This document shows, piece by piece, positions 10,736 through 24,150 of a DNA stretch of 64,000 nt; the first letter of the stretch is position 1; every line of letters starts with the position of its first letter. The position numbers and the translations under genes are program-made. Below the pieces are notes generated by a model that saw only the letters and a list, made by a program, of their open reading frames with translations, made no database searches and was not told the DNA's origin. Source of the DNA: Octopus sinensis (Eukaryota); assembly GCF_006345805.1 (NCBI RefSeq), contig NW_021835458.1, positions 1-64,000 of the forward strand, given 5' to 3'.

Positions 10736-10906
10736 GATATATATAGTTACAGATATACATATTATATATTTATATATATATATATATATGTACATAGACA
10801 TATATGTATATATATATATATAGACATATATGTATATATATATATAGACATATATGTATATGTATATTATTGTATATATATATACATATTTATATATATA
10901 TAGACA

Positions 10907-10941
<35 letters not shown>

Positions 10942-11130
10942 ATATATACATATATATATAGACATATATGTATATGCATATGTATATATATATATATATA
11001 CACATAGACATATATGTATATGTATATATATATGCGTATGTGTATATAAATATATACATATATGTATGTGTATATTTATATGTATATATATATGTGTATG
11101 TATGTATACATACACATACACACACACTTA
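10655..11130. repeat. Compound TA/AG/TATG microsatellite
   Basis: Direct reading. Confidence 0.9.
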
Positions 11131-12725
11131 ATCAAGATATTGTAGAGAACAATGCATCTCTATTTCTGTATTATTGCAATTAAATTCCAACCCGACAAGT
11201 TCTTTTGTTGAACGCACACATACTCACTCAAAACACACAAAAGCCATGCACACACACGCACGCACACACATTCACACACACACATATATATAGACATATA
11301 TATATATATGTATGTATGTATGTAATGCAAGTATGTATGTATTTAAATAGAATATGTATGTATATATATATATATATAGATATATAATATATATATATAT
11401 GTGTGTATGTATGTATATTATATTATATATATATATATTATTATATATATATAAATAATATATATGTATATATATATGACAAGTGTGTGTGGTGTGTGCG
11501 TTTGTGCGTTTGTGTGCGCGTGTGCTTTTGAAAACCGTTTTAGCTCACGCGTTCACATCGTTCCTCGCAAATTAAAAATTAATTACACGTTATCATCCAA
11601 TTAATTATGTAAAACATTTATTGGAAGTAAACATTTTCCATGTAAATATCAAGTATTTAACAAAAAATTATATTTTCTCCATGGGAGTAATGATAACTTA
11701 AATGTGCCATATTTAAAGCTATTTCGCATAAGAAATAACAGTTTTGTTATACAAAGGCAAATGTTTATATTCAGGTTTTGCAACGGTATATACTGGTATT
11801 GAACCGTAGAAATTTAGATATCTAGGTAACAAGTCCTATCTGAACTGTAGATCCGACTCAGGGTCGATCCTACATGCGACCTATGTATAACTAGAAGACA
11901 AATGGGGTAAAACCCCTTTCTGTTTTTCTTAATATAAATATAAATATATTTATATGTCCATCTCTCTCTCTCTCTCCCTATATATAGATATATATATACT
12001 AGAATAAGCACATAAACGTGTAACAACTTAGGAAAAATACTACTCGAATACCGGAGGTAATATACTGTATCATTAACGATGTATCTTGAATTATGCTTGC
12101 ACTGAAGATTAAAAAGTGCATTTTGTGCACTAATTATGAAAGCATATGCTACGCAGCTGAATCCTGTTTTTAAAATGCTCGCTTCGAGAGTTGCATTCCT
12201 CGAATTCGGTACAAATCGGTGTTTATTTATTACGGTAGTTTTGACTTTAAAGGTTCCTCCTAGCGTGAGGGATTTATGTATAGAAATGACTTTAATATAT
12301 GTAAATATATTTAAGAGGACTAAATTGATGGATTTTTCCCTTATGAGGTTTTTCACGCTACTTGATAAATTCTTATAAAAGATTTACCCTATTTTTCAAT
12401 TGTATATATATATTATATAATATATATATATATATATAATATATATATATATATATAATTATAGGCGCATGTCTTATGTATATATATTAGCAAACCAGCA
12501 CTAAGAAAATATCGATAAGAGACGAAATCAATATGCATACTGAGAAACATGGGCGTTCTATAAGAAAAAAATTATACTGCTATTTTATATACTCACCTGA
12601 GCAACTGCACTGCATAACGGAACTATTTATATATTCTCTATTTCACTTACTCTCTTCTGATGCATTCAGATGCATTCACACACCAGGCGGCTCTCCTGTT
12701 CACTTAACCAAGAAAATACTCTCTT

Positions 12726-13772
12726 CTATACACATACATATACATGAGTACATATCCCGGCTGACCCATAAACACACTGACATGGCTAACCATTTGCGCA
12801 TGCCCAGCATTGGTGCTTACTATCCATCACCTCTCTACTCTACTTAGGAACCACATTCACAACTGCCAACTTAGCATTCGTTATTTCCATTTCTTCTGTA
12901 AATTCACCGACGAAATTTTCCGTTTTTTTTCTGATTTTTCACACTTCTGTATCCGTTGAGAAGTTTCCTTTTCCGCTTAGCAATTATATATGCATAATCT
13001 ATATATAATGATATATGTTTTAAGCATTGCTATCACATTTACCTAATTTCGCCTCTTCGAATCATCGATAGGTGATATCCATAAAATCGATGAAGTAGGC
13101 AATTTCGATATGATGAGGTGACAATTTATGCTATTTTCATCAATTTAATATAAACCAGGAACAACTTAAAAGAAGTGCTAGAAAACTATATATTGAAAGA
13201 GTCGAAGTAAGTCGAGTTTGTTTTTATAAGTTATGGGCTTCCTGCTATTTTATATTTGCTTCAGTATTAAGCACAGTTTATCCAGTAAATATTTTTTCCT
13301 ACCTAAGATAAATTTCCTTGCAAGAAAAATTGTGATTTAAATTGGAAAATGTAGAACCGTCTTTCAAAAAATTTATCGATATCTCTAGTTACTCAAAAGA
13401 TACTAAAAAATTCATGTCTGCAAAATTTATGATTATACAATTAACAAACAGTTTTGATTTACTTCAAAGCAAGTTTAATTACAACAAAGTCGTGCGCTTG
13501 AAATACTTAGAGTTTGCGAAAATTAACAGCGAAAATTACTGTCAAGAGCAAAAAGAAATTTGAAAACACGACTTTAATCTTTTTGATTTATGATGTAAAA
13601 GAAAACATCTGCACTGATATAATTTATTGCAATACCGCAGCTAATTTTTTCTGATATTATTTGTTTTAACTTATCCTTATGTTCTGAAAAGTATTCCTGC
13701 ACAAATGGTTAGCAGTGTCAGCGTGTTTATGGGTCAGCCGAAATATATACTAATGTATATGTATGTGTATAG
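12726..13772. mobile_element. ~1.05-kb foldback/MITE-like element with ~70-bp terminal inverted repeats
   Basis: 12726-12796 (CTATACACATAC...CGGCTGACCCATAAACAC..GCTAACCATTTG) is the imperfect reverse complement of 13702-13772. Confidence 0.65.
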
Positions 13773-14226
13773 TTTTTTTTAATCTCATTCTGTTAATTAT
13801 ATATATATATATGCATGCTAATACTAGACCTACTTTGGACTCCTCATTCGTATCATTATCAAACCTGGAGCTTAACTATAGTCTGTCCATAGCACTTACT
13901 CAGCATTACCTGACACCTTTAGGTATTCTTGACACCAATACCTCTCATAACCTATCTATGGTGTGTGTGTGAGTGTGTGTGTATAAACGCTTTCGGTATG
14001 CAAATTAAGGACTTCTTCTTAGAGCAACTGCTGCATTCGTTGAGTATGGAAACAGTTTAGCTGCTTCTTTGTCTGGAGACGGTCAAAATGATGTAGACGC
14101 CTCTGATGAGAATCCATTAAAGTTCAAAGTTTTCATCATTTTTTTCAGTCTGCGTAGAAATGGCTAAAATTCGCCCTGTTTATAATTATACCATACGTTA
14201 CACATATATATATATATAATAAGTCG

Positions 14227-14415
14227 CCATGATAGATCGTTAGCCACTACACACATTTTTTTCTCCTTGTTTTTCTGTGTCCCTTTTCTGTAGAAGAGCG
14301 TAGACTCGAAACGTAAAAGACTTTTCTATTCCTGAGTGTTATACTAACAATCTCTGTTGTTTGTGTACACCACCTGTCTTCGTCTTTTGTTTTTTTTCGT
14401 TAAAATTTCCCTATG
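14227..14415 (+). mobile_element. Solo pLTR-like repeat with hammerhead-like motif (14283-14319)
   Basis: Homologous to 15697-15890. Contains CTGTAGA-A-GAGC(gtag)ACTC-GAAA-CG-TA-AAAG. Confidence 0.55.
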
Positions 14416-14446
14416 TATATAATATATATATTATATATAGGGTAAA

Positions 14447-14640
14447 GACACCCTTCGGTCATGAATGACCATGGGATTGCACCTAGAAAGTTACCCTCCG
14501 ACGCAAAGTTCGGGCAAGGTTGTTTATGGAAGTCCAGCAATTGCCCATGCATACCGGTCTCCCGCTCTCAACGCCACCGATGCTATCCAAGGGAAGGACA
14601 ACAGCCGATGCAACACCATTTGTGCTGTGCATATATGTTT
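14447..14640 (-). mobile_element. SINE family D, 3' fragment
   Basis: Matches 32585-32760. Confidence 0.75.
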
Positions 14641-14955
14641 GTGTTTGTGCGTATACACCTTTGATGCAAGTCTGACGAGGTGCTTCTCCAATATCAAAGA
14701 GTTCGTAAATTTTCACTTCGAATTTTCGCGTAAACTGGTGTTGCAATAGAGTAGCGTTGAATAATTTTCTTTGTCTACTTATTATTATTTGGACTACTTA
14801 CTCTTTGAGAAACCCATTGCATGAGGAATTCTGGTATTGGTCCAGAACACGATAATCCAGTATTCAGGTTGAGTGTTTCTGTAATAATAACTACACCTTA
14901 CCAGGACCTTCGACTTATATATATATTATATATAATATATATTATATATATAGAT

Positions 14956-14998
<43 letters not shown>

Positions 14999-15093
14999 AT
15001 GTATGTATGTATGTATGATGTATGTATGTATGTATGTATTATGTATATGTGTGTGTTGGGGAGTGTGTGTGTGTATACATATATTAATACATA

Positions 15094-15216
15094 CGAGGGG
15101 TGTATAAAAATAATTCAGCCTCAAGAAATCAGAACATGGTACAAGACTTCTGATAAAGGTACAAGACTTCAAGGCTCAAAGGCCTTGAAGACTCGAACGT
15201 TCTCATACACCCTTCG
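15094..15216. mobile_element. Mariner-type MITE with TA TSD
   Basis: TA|CGAGGGGTGTAT ... ATACACCCTTCG|TA. Internal hairpin CTTCAAGGC..GGCCTTGAAG. Confidence 0.7.
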
Positions 15217-15696
15217 TATATACATAGGCGTGTAATGATATATGCGCGTTGTTTAATGTCAAACAAATAAGGATGGAATATTCAATGCGTGCAGTAGCAG
15301 ATAGGTGTTCTTTTCGAAATTAAGCTGTAAGTTTGTCGTGCAACTCGAGTTTCTCAGAACTGCGATCTTCAGAAGAGCTGAAGAATGAACTGAAGTGGGC
15401 GAGCAACAAGAGTCACTGGACAATATACATATATGTGTATATAGATATATATAAACCATACAGCACCATACGACACAACACATCACATCATAACCCACCA
15501 ACACTGACCACTTCCCAGCCCCACATCTTACCCCCTACGCATACACACATGCACACGTCAAGGTCACCAGCCCTCTTACACACGCACATCGAACTCTCTT
15601 ATGCACACGCACGCGCACCTTCGTTTTTGGATCACCACTGCTTTATTATCTCCCCTTCTTCCTAGATCTCCTGTGTGACCCTTCTGTCCGACATTC

Positions 15697-15890
15697 TCCA
15701 TGATAGATCGCTAGCTACTACACATTCTTTATTTTCTCTCCTTGTTTCTTTCTGTGTTCCTTTCTGTGGAAGAGCGTAGGCTCGAAACGTTAAAGGCTTC
15801 TTCACTCCCCGAGCGTTATACTAATACATCTGTTTGTTGCCTACACCACCTGCCTTCGTCTTTTGTTTTGGTGTGAATTCTCCTCCTACA
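15697..15890 (+). mobile_element. Solo pLTR-like repeat with hammerhead-like motif (15759-15796)
   Basis: CCTTT-CTGTGGA-A-GAGC(gtag)GCTC-GAAA-CG-TT-AAAGG. Confidence 0.55.
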
Positions 15891-15903
15891 TACACACACA
15901 CGC

Positions 15904-15958
<55 letters not shown>

Positions 15959-16705
15959 TATATATTATATATATTTGGTATTGTTGCATCACTCCTAGCG
16001 TTGGTTAATTACCGGAGATTATTATTCAAATAAAGGTTATTAAAGAGCATTTAATATCAATGTATTGACATGCGCATGTTGCTTCGATGTATGAACGTTT
16101 GTAACCGAGGTATGTGTATCTGCATACTTAAAGATGGATGTTTTGCAGCGGGGATGCCATGCGCATCAATAATAGTAATTAATATATTTTGTCAGTAAAT
16201 AATTACAGATGTTCCCAGTCAATTATCAGGACTGTTGCTGCTCGATTAATTTTTCATATTTAAACAGATAACTTGTTAAATCTGTTCTGACAGATGGGAA
16301 ATGCTTTGTGTAACTCTCTGTCATTGATCGAGTAGACTCGCCTCCGGTTTGTGAAATATGTACACACATGACGAATTATTATGTCTGTTATTTCAATATT
16401 TGCTATAGAAGCAGTGAACACGTTTATGAATATTGTATGTAAGTTATTTTATGTCCTTCACAATGACTGTATCTCTTAGAATGTGATGGCTAATACACTT
16501 TCGCAAAATATAACTATTTTACCTAAAATGTAATTTAATTAATTTACATATCTTTTCGAACAGTCGCCATCATCCAGGGTCCGTATGAAATTTCGTTATT
16601 AAAATGTATGTGCAATACATTGGTTATACTTCTAGAACACAAAATATAAAAATTTTTTTTTACAATTTCTAATAATATTTAATCACCAATATACACCAAT
16701 ATATA

Positions 16706-17136
16706 GGCGCAGGAGTGGCTGTGTCGTAAGTAGCTTGCTTACCAGCCACATGGTTCCGGGTTCAGTCCCACTGCGTGGCATCTTCGGCAAGTGTCTTCTA
16801 CTATATAGCCTTGGGCCGACCAAAGCCTTGTGAGTGGATTTGGTAGACGGAAACTGAAAGAAGCCCGTCGTATATATGTATATATATGTATATATATATA
16901 TATATGTGTGTGTGTGTGGTGTGTGTGTGTGGGTGTCTGTGTTTGTCCCCCTAGCATTGCTTGACAACCGATGCTGGTGTGTTTACGTCGCCGTCACTTA
17001 GCGGTTCGGCAAAAGCACCCGATAGACTAAGTACTGGGTTTACAAAGAATAAGTCCTGGAGTCGATTTGCTCGACTAAAGGCGGTGCTCCAGCATGGCCG
17101 CAGTCAAATGACTGAAACAAGTAAAAGAGTAAAGAG
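16706..17136 (+). mobile_element. SINE family A, full length
   Basis: Same head, body and tail as other copies. Confidence 0.9.
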
Positions 17137-17293
17137 TAAACAGTAGTACTATTTTTTAACACGGAATGGTTACCAAGGGTCCACCGGAGTAAAATGGGAA
17201 TCAAATGGGTCCATATACAAAATATAAGAAAAAACTGTTGAGAAACAGTTTTAGGCGAAATAATACCCATTCTCCTTACAGTTGTCAAATATA

Positions 17294-17709
17294 TATTTCT
17301 TTACTACCCTCAAGGGGCTAAACATAGAGGGGACAAACAAGGACAGACAAACGGATTAAGTCGATTACATCGACTCCAGTGCGTAACTGGTACTTAATTT
17401 ATCGACACCGAAAGGATGGAAGGGAAAGTCGACACCAATAGAATTTGAACTCAGAACGTAAAGACAGACAAAATACCTATTTCTTTACTACCTACAAGGG
17501 GCTAAACACAGAGGGGACAAACAAGGACAGAGAAAGGGATTAAGTCGATTACATCGACCCCAGTGCGTAACTGGTACTTAATTTATCGACCCCGAAAGGA
17601 TGAAAGGCAAAGTCGACCTCGGTGGAATTTTAACTCAGAACGTAACGGCAGATGAAATACGGCTACGCATTTTGCCCGGCGTGCTAACGTTTCTGCCAAC
17701 TCGCCGCCA
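17294..17709 (-). mobile_element. SINE family B dimer (head + 2 units)
   Basis: 17-bp TSD TACAGTTGTCAAATATA at 17277-17293 and 17710-17726. Confidence 0.9.
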
Positions 17710-18369
17710 TACAGTTGTCAAATATAATAAAGAAAACACGGTACAGTGTTTGATCCAATAAAGCAGTACTCCGTATTTTATATTTTCTCTTCACTATTTG
17801 CTCAGATTTCAAGAGCAGCGGCGAGACCCAGCTTGGTGGCGATCAATACAACCATAAAAATTGTGAAAGCATTTCTGAACAATGTTGATCTTGTGGATGA
17901 GCCCTGGCTTCCAGTTAGTGTAAAGGGAGGTAATCATTTCTAGCTAATCCTTTCGACAATAAAGACAACGCCTGAAAACTTCGGGAGGGCCTCGCCGATT
18001 ACATCAGAAACAGTAGTCAGATGGTAGCTGATTGATCGACACCAAAATTTGAAAGGCAAATCAACCACGGCGCAATTTTTACTCAGAATGCAAAGACGAG
18101 TGAAACGATTCTGCCATCTTAAAGTCTTAAATCATTTCTAGATAATACTCGGTGAGATTAACGTTTGAAAATTAAATCTAATACCGAAAGGATGAAATGC
18201 AGAATTTGAACTCAGAAAGTGAAGACCGACAAAATGCCGCGAAGTATTTTACCTGACATTTATTATACAATTAGTTTTGAGTCGAAACTGAAGTTTTAAA
18301 TGTTTTATTCAACCGGAATTTTTAGGAGACATAAACAGCATCAATGTAAGAAATGATATTAGAAAAGTG

Positions 18370-19060
18370 AATTTCGGTCCCATTCCACAATTTCTCCAGG
18401 GTCCAAGAAAAACCATTGATTAATTGCCAAGCAAACTTATCACAGATCAATGCGTGATAAGCGTACCACGGTTAATAATTAGCATACCGTATCATTTTGT
18501 GTCAACAATAAACGAATCAGTGATAAACGAGAACAGGTGTACAATTTCGGTCCGATTCCACAAATTCTCCTGGGACCAAAAGAACCATTGATTAATTTCC
18601 ACGCCAACTTATCACAGATCAATGCGTGATAAGCGTAGCACGGTTAATTTAATAATTAGCATATCGTATCATTTTGTGTCGACAATAAATGAATCAGTGA
18701 TAAACGAGGACAGGTGTACAATTTCGGTCCGATTCCACAAATTCTCCTGGGACCAAAAGAACCATTGATTAATTGCCAAGCCATCTTCTCACAGATCAAT
18801 GCGTGATAAGCGTAGCACGGTTAATTTAATAATTAGCATATCGTATCATTTTGTGTCGACAATAAATGAATCAGTGATAAACGAGGACAGGTGTACAATT
18901 TCGGTCCGGTTCCACAAATTCTCCTGGGACCAAAAGAACCATTGATTAATTGCCAAGCCATCTTCTCACAGATCAATGCGTGATAAGCGTAGCACGGTTA
19001 ATTTAATAATTAGCAATCCGAGTCAACTATAAACGAACCAGTGATAAATGAGGACAGGTG
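18370..19060. repeat. Tandem repeat, ~178-bp unit x ~4
   Basis: AATTTCGGTCC.ATTCCACAA...ACAGGTG unit starts at about 18370, 18542, 18720 and 18898. Confidence 0.9.
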
Positions 19061-19199
19061 AGGAATTTTTAGAGAAAATACGAGGCAAAAGTCCCGACTC
19101 GAACTCTCGCCTGTGCTGTAACTCCAGTTAATAGAAACAAAGAGTGATATAGTGGATGTTTATTGGATATATATTGAGTATTTATTGGATTTGAATTCA

Positions 19200-19420
19200 G
19201 TTTCCTACGACGTCAGCATGCAACAATTTTGCCTCTACATTGTATCAAGAATTAACACTTGTGATGACAGCAGTATTCGGCTGTAAAGAATGCGTCACAA
19301 CGGATTCGTCAATAATATATATCTCCACCTTCCGTGTACACCAAGCCTCGCCTATACGATTTACGACTATGTGTCACCGATCTCAAGGCCAAACATTTAG
19401 AAAGCTTGGAAATGAAAGAT
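19200..19420 (+). pseudogene. Possible PIF1-like (Helitron) helicase C-terminal remnant
   Basis: TFRVHQASPIRFTTMCHRSQGQTFRKLG resembles the PIF1 motif PVRLAFAMTINKSQGQT. Confidence 0.4.
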
Positions 19421-20026
19421 GAGAGAATATAACGCTTATTCATTCCTCTAACACAAAAACATCTACGGGGAAATTTAGTAGATTTCTTCATTCAAAGACT
19501 CAATAACGTTCACTATAATATAATTGAGCGCGGTGAAAGTAAATTGAAAGGTGTGTGGATTTAATGCTCATAAAATCAATTAGTAGCGCCATGTTTCAAG
19601 ACAATAAACTACCCGGCGAAAGAGTGTTGACTCTTTACAAATGGACAGAGACATTGCTGAGTGGCTAAAAGTTTCGTTTATCAGCCATATTGTTTATTTG
19701 TTCGATACTACAGCGCTCTGGACCTTATCTACATATAATGTAGACGTGGGTTAAACATAGCATTGACAACGGAAATCGATAGACAGGAAGACAGTGTACG
19801 AAGGCTTCTTGTATTTATACAGATTTATACAAAAGTTGAATATTGTCGAGCGAATGGAGAATGATAATTTACAAGATAAATCGTGTGATATTTAAAGTGA
19901 ATATTTATCTGCGTACGTGTGTTTCAACCGCTTTGACATTTAGGCAAGGAATAAACTTACAGAGGCGTAAAACAAGAGCTGACAGGAAAAACATTCGGTA
20001 TAAATGAACTGTGGGTGTAGAAAGAC

Positions 20027-20029
<3 letters not shown>

Positions 20030-20102
<73 letters not shown>

Positions 20103-20214
20103 GAAAGAAGAAAGAAAGAAAGAAAGAGGGGGTTGAAGGAAATATAGAAATATGCAAACAAAATATATCAGTGTGTGCGTGTATATGGAAAGATATACAT
20201 ACTACGTATATATA

Positions 20215-20247
<33 letters not shown>

Positions 20248-20369
20248 AAGAGAGACAGACAGACAGACAGACACTGGGAGACAGACAGAGAGAAGATAGG
20301 AGAGATATAAATACAGAAACATGGACCATATGTGTGTATATATAATATATATTATATATATATACATAC

Positions 20370-20420
<51 letters not shown>

Positions 20421-20540
20421 ATATTATATACATATATACATATATACATATATATGTATATATATCATATATACATGTATATAGGCGTTTGCATAAATAT
20501 ATGTGCGCATGCATAAGTATGTGTTCGTGAGTGTGTGTGA

Positions 20541-20587
<47 letters not shown>

Positions 20588-21063
20588 ATGAGTGATCTTG
20601 TTCTGCTTGTATATAACTTAACGCCGATGCGTATCAGAGAAAATTGTCGGCGGAAAAGCAGATAATTGATCCCTTTCAATAGAAACATACTATGTGATAC
20701 AGAAAATCTCCTGTGAACCTTATCGCCGGAGATGCAGTGAATCGAAAATTAAGAAGTGGGACATGCTCACATGTATATGCATACATGTACACATACATAC
20801 AATACATACATACATACATACTACATACAACAACATACATACACACCATACATTCATACATACATACATATATACATACATACATACATTCATATACATA
20901 CACACATACATACATACTCACATGAACATATATACCTACATACATACATTCATACAACATACACCATACATCCATACCTACATACATACCTACATACATA
21001 CATCCTACATACATACATACATATACATACATACATACATTCATACATACATACATATATACA

Positions 21064-21097
<34 letters not shown>

Positions 21098-21318
21098 CAT
21101 ACATACATACATTCATACATACATACTACATACATACATACATACATAATACTACACACATACATACATACTACCATACACACATACATCCATACAAACA
21201 TACATACATACTACATACATACATACATATATACATACATACATACATACCTACACACATACATACATACATACATACACACATACATACATACATACAT
21301 ACATACATACATACTACA

Positions 21319-21350
<32 letters not shown>
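20030..21350. repeat. Compound microsatellite block: (AG)n, (AAAG)n, (TA)n, (TG)n and ~600 bp of degenerate (TACA)n at 20760-21350
   Basis: Direct reading. Confidence 0.9.
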
Positions 21351-21539
21351 CACCGCGTTTATTGTACGAATCAAGCACCTAATAATAATTACATACAGAC
21401 ACACATATAAATAAATAAATATATATATATATAATATATAAATAATATATAAATATATGCATATATATATATATATATATATACATATATGTACATACCA
21501 ACATATATATGTATATATATATGCATATATGGGTACAGG

Positions 21540-23200
21540 ACATCAAAAACCTAATGAATGTATGGCTTCGCTATAAGAGGGCATTTGATTCAACTTCTCA
21601 CGCATGCTACTAAGGTTTCAACTACTATCGTCAATGTCATTAAGAGGCTGACAACAATATGCCCCAGTGTTGTATCGGGAAGACATGAGACTGCTCTTAT
21701 AGTCACTAATATAATAGAATCAGCCTATCAACAGGGGCATTTCAGGTTTTCATTCTCGATTCTTGTCCTGTTACTGGGCCTTTTCTCTGACCTGTAAAGG
21801 AATTACCGAGGCTACATGACAGCATCTGTAAATGAAATAAGAATTAATGTCACTCATGCTTGTTTTATTGATGATCTTAATGTATATTCGAGTAATATTA
21901 GTTTTAAATTTTGGCACAAGGAGAGTAATTTCGGGGTAAGGGGAAAATTGATTACATTGACCCTACTGCTCAACTGGTACTTACGTTACTGAGCTCTAAA
22001 AGATGAAAGGCAAAGTCGACCTCGACGGAATTTCAACTCAGAACATGACGACGGATGAAATACCTATTTCTTTACTACCCACAAGGGGCTAAACACAGAG
22101 GGGATGAACAAGGACAGACAAACGGATTATATCGACCCCAGTGCGTAACAGGTACTTATTTAATTGACCCCGAAAGGATGAAAGACAAAGTTGACCACGA
22201 CGGAATTTCAACACAGAACGTAAAGACGAATGAAATGCCGTTAAGCATTTAGGCCACTCGGCAGCGATTCTGCTAGCTCGTCGCCTTAGACTCGGGTGGT
22301 ATCTATTTCAAACTTTGACACGAGGTCAGCATTTTCGGGGAACTAGGTATGTCGATTACATCGACCCCAGAGTTCAAGTGGTACTTGTTTGCTCGACCAC
22401 GAAAATGGAAGTCAAAGTCGACCTGAGTGGAATTTGAACTCGCAGCATAACCGTGGATTAAATGTCATTAAACCTTTAGCCTGACACGGAAACGATTCTT
22501 ATTTCTTTATTACCACAAGGGGCTAAACACAGAGGGAACAGACAAGGACAGACAAAGGGATTAAGTCGATTACATCGACCCCAGTGCGTAACTGGTACTT
22601 AATTTATCGACCCCGAAAGGATGAAAGGCAAAGTCGACCTCGGCGGAATTTGAACTCAGAACGTAGCGGCAGTCGAAATACCTATTTCTTTACTACCCAC
22701 AAGGGGCTAAACACAGAGGGGACAAACAAGGGCAGACAAACGGATTAAGTCGATTACATCGACCCCAGTGCGTAACTGGTACTTAATTTATCGACCCCGA
22801 AAGGATAAAAGGCAAAATCGACCTCGGCGGAATTTGAACTCACAACGTAACGGCAGTCGAAATACCGCTAAGCATTTCGCCCGGCGTGCTAACGTTTCTG
22901 CCAGCTCGCCGCCTTATATTCGAAACAGTTAGAACTAGTCCTAACATTTGTGCAGGACATAGGAGTGGAGTTTGGACAAAGATTCAATATAAGAGATCAT
23001 ACTTGATAGTTAAGGAGGAAAAATTTTCGACCAATCAAAGAACGGAGATATCAGTATCTTGCCTCTCTCTTCCCTGTCACTAATAGTAAATATTACAAAT
23101 ATCTCGGAATCGAAGAAAATATTGCATATAAACTGAAATACCAGACTAAATAAGTACTGAGGCCGGTATAACTAAATAAACACGTCAAAGCTGTGCTCCA
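21540..23200 (+). pseudogene. R4/Dong-like non-LTR retrotransposon RT remnant interrupted by SINEs
   Basis: QGHFRFSFS (QG motif), NVTHACFIDDLNVYS at ~21846-21890, then after the SINE block KQLELVLTFVQDIGVEFG and YYKYLGIEE. Confidence 0.6.
21892..22914 (-). mobile_element. Cluster of SINE family B copies, including a dimer at 22497-22914
   Basis: Repeated AAGTCGATTACATCGACCCCAGTGCGTAACTGGTACTT and GAAAGGATGAAAGGCAAAGTCGACC motifs. Flanked by TATATTCGA at 21883 and 22915. Confidence 0.85.
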
Positions 23201-23589
23201 GTATGGACACAGTCCAAAACCTGAAAATAGAAGAGTAGTGGAATATGTGTATATAAATTTAAATTGGAGAATATATAAGTATAATGAGAGTAAAAGAACT
23301 GCCATTAGGGCTGGAGGGAGGCTTAAATGACCCTTAGAACTGTAAGTCATATTTTCGGCAGTCAAATTTGATGTAGGAATCTTGCAGTCTGACAGTTGTC
23401 AGGGCTACAACTCATATGAAATAACTGTCGATCTGATGTAGTCCTTGACCTTAAGAAATTAAATGAATCCCCCCGATTATTCATAGATGAAGAAAGGCCT
23501 GTCAGATTGTCCAAGAGAATTATTGTCCTCATCAACAACATATGTTAGTGTAAGTTTGTGTGTATACGATTGTGGGAAGGTATAGTAAT

Positions 23590-23595
23590 AGTTTT

Positions 23596-23659
<64 letters not shown>

Positions 23660-24150
23660 TGCGCACATATATTCATACACGCAGATGCCCAAAGACACAC
23701 ACTAACAAATATATATACATATTATATATATATATATTATATATATATATATATGTATGTATATATATATACATATATATATATAAATACATCTATATAC
23801 ATAGATATAAATACATATATACATATATATATATACATCATATATACATATATATACGTATATATAGACACATACATATAGACACATACATATATAGGCC
23901 TATATATATAAACACACGCATACATATATCTATGTATGTATGTATATATATATATATATATTCATATATATATATATATACATTATACGTAGATGAATAT
24001 ATTTACTCAATGCATTCATATGTATATATATGTGTGTGTGTATGTGTGTATAAATGTATGTATGCATGAATGCAAGCATGTATGTATGCATGGATGCATG
24101 TATATATGTATGTATGCATGCATGTATGAATATTTATGTATGTATGAGGT
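23590..24150. repeat. Compound CT/TA/TATG microsatellite
   Basis: Direct reading. Confidence 0.9.

Noticed and set aside
10583-11183. Long I/Y/C/V/H/T-rich ORFs here and at 7207, 20221-21404, 23558-24238, 37242, 44510-45351, 47641 and 56894-57611
   Set aside because: They are translations of (TA)n, (TG)n and (TACA)n microsatellites, which lack stop codons in some frames.
11814-12378. 180-aa and 80-aa ORFs
   Set aside because: Low-information AT-rich frames spanning a microsatellite, with no motif recognised.
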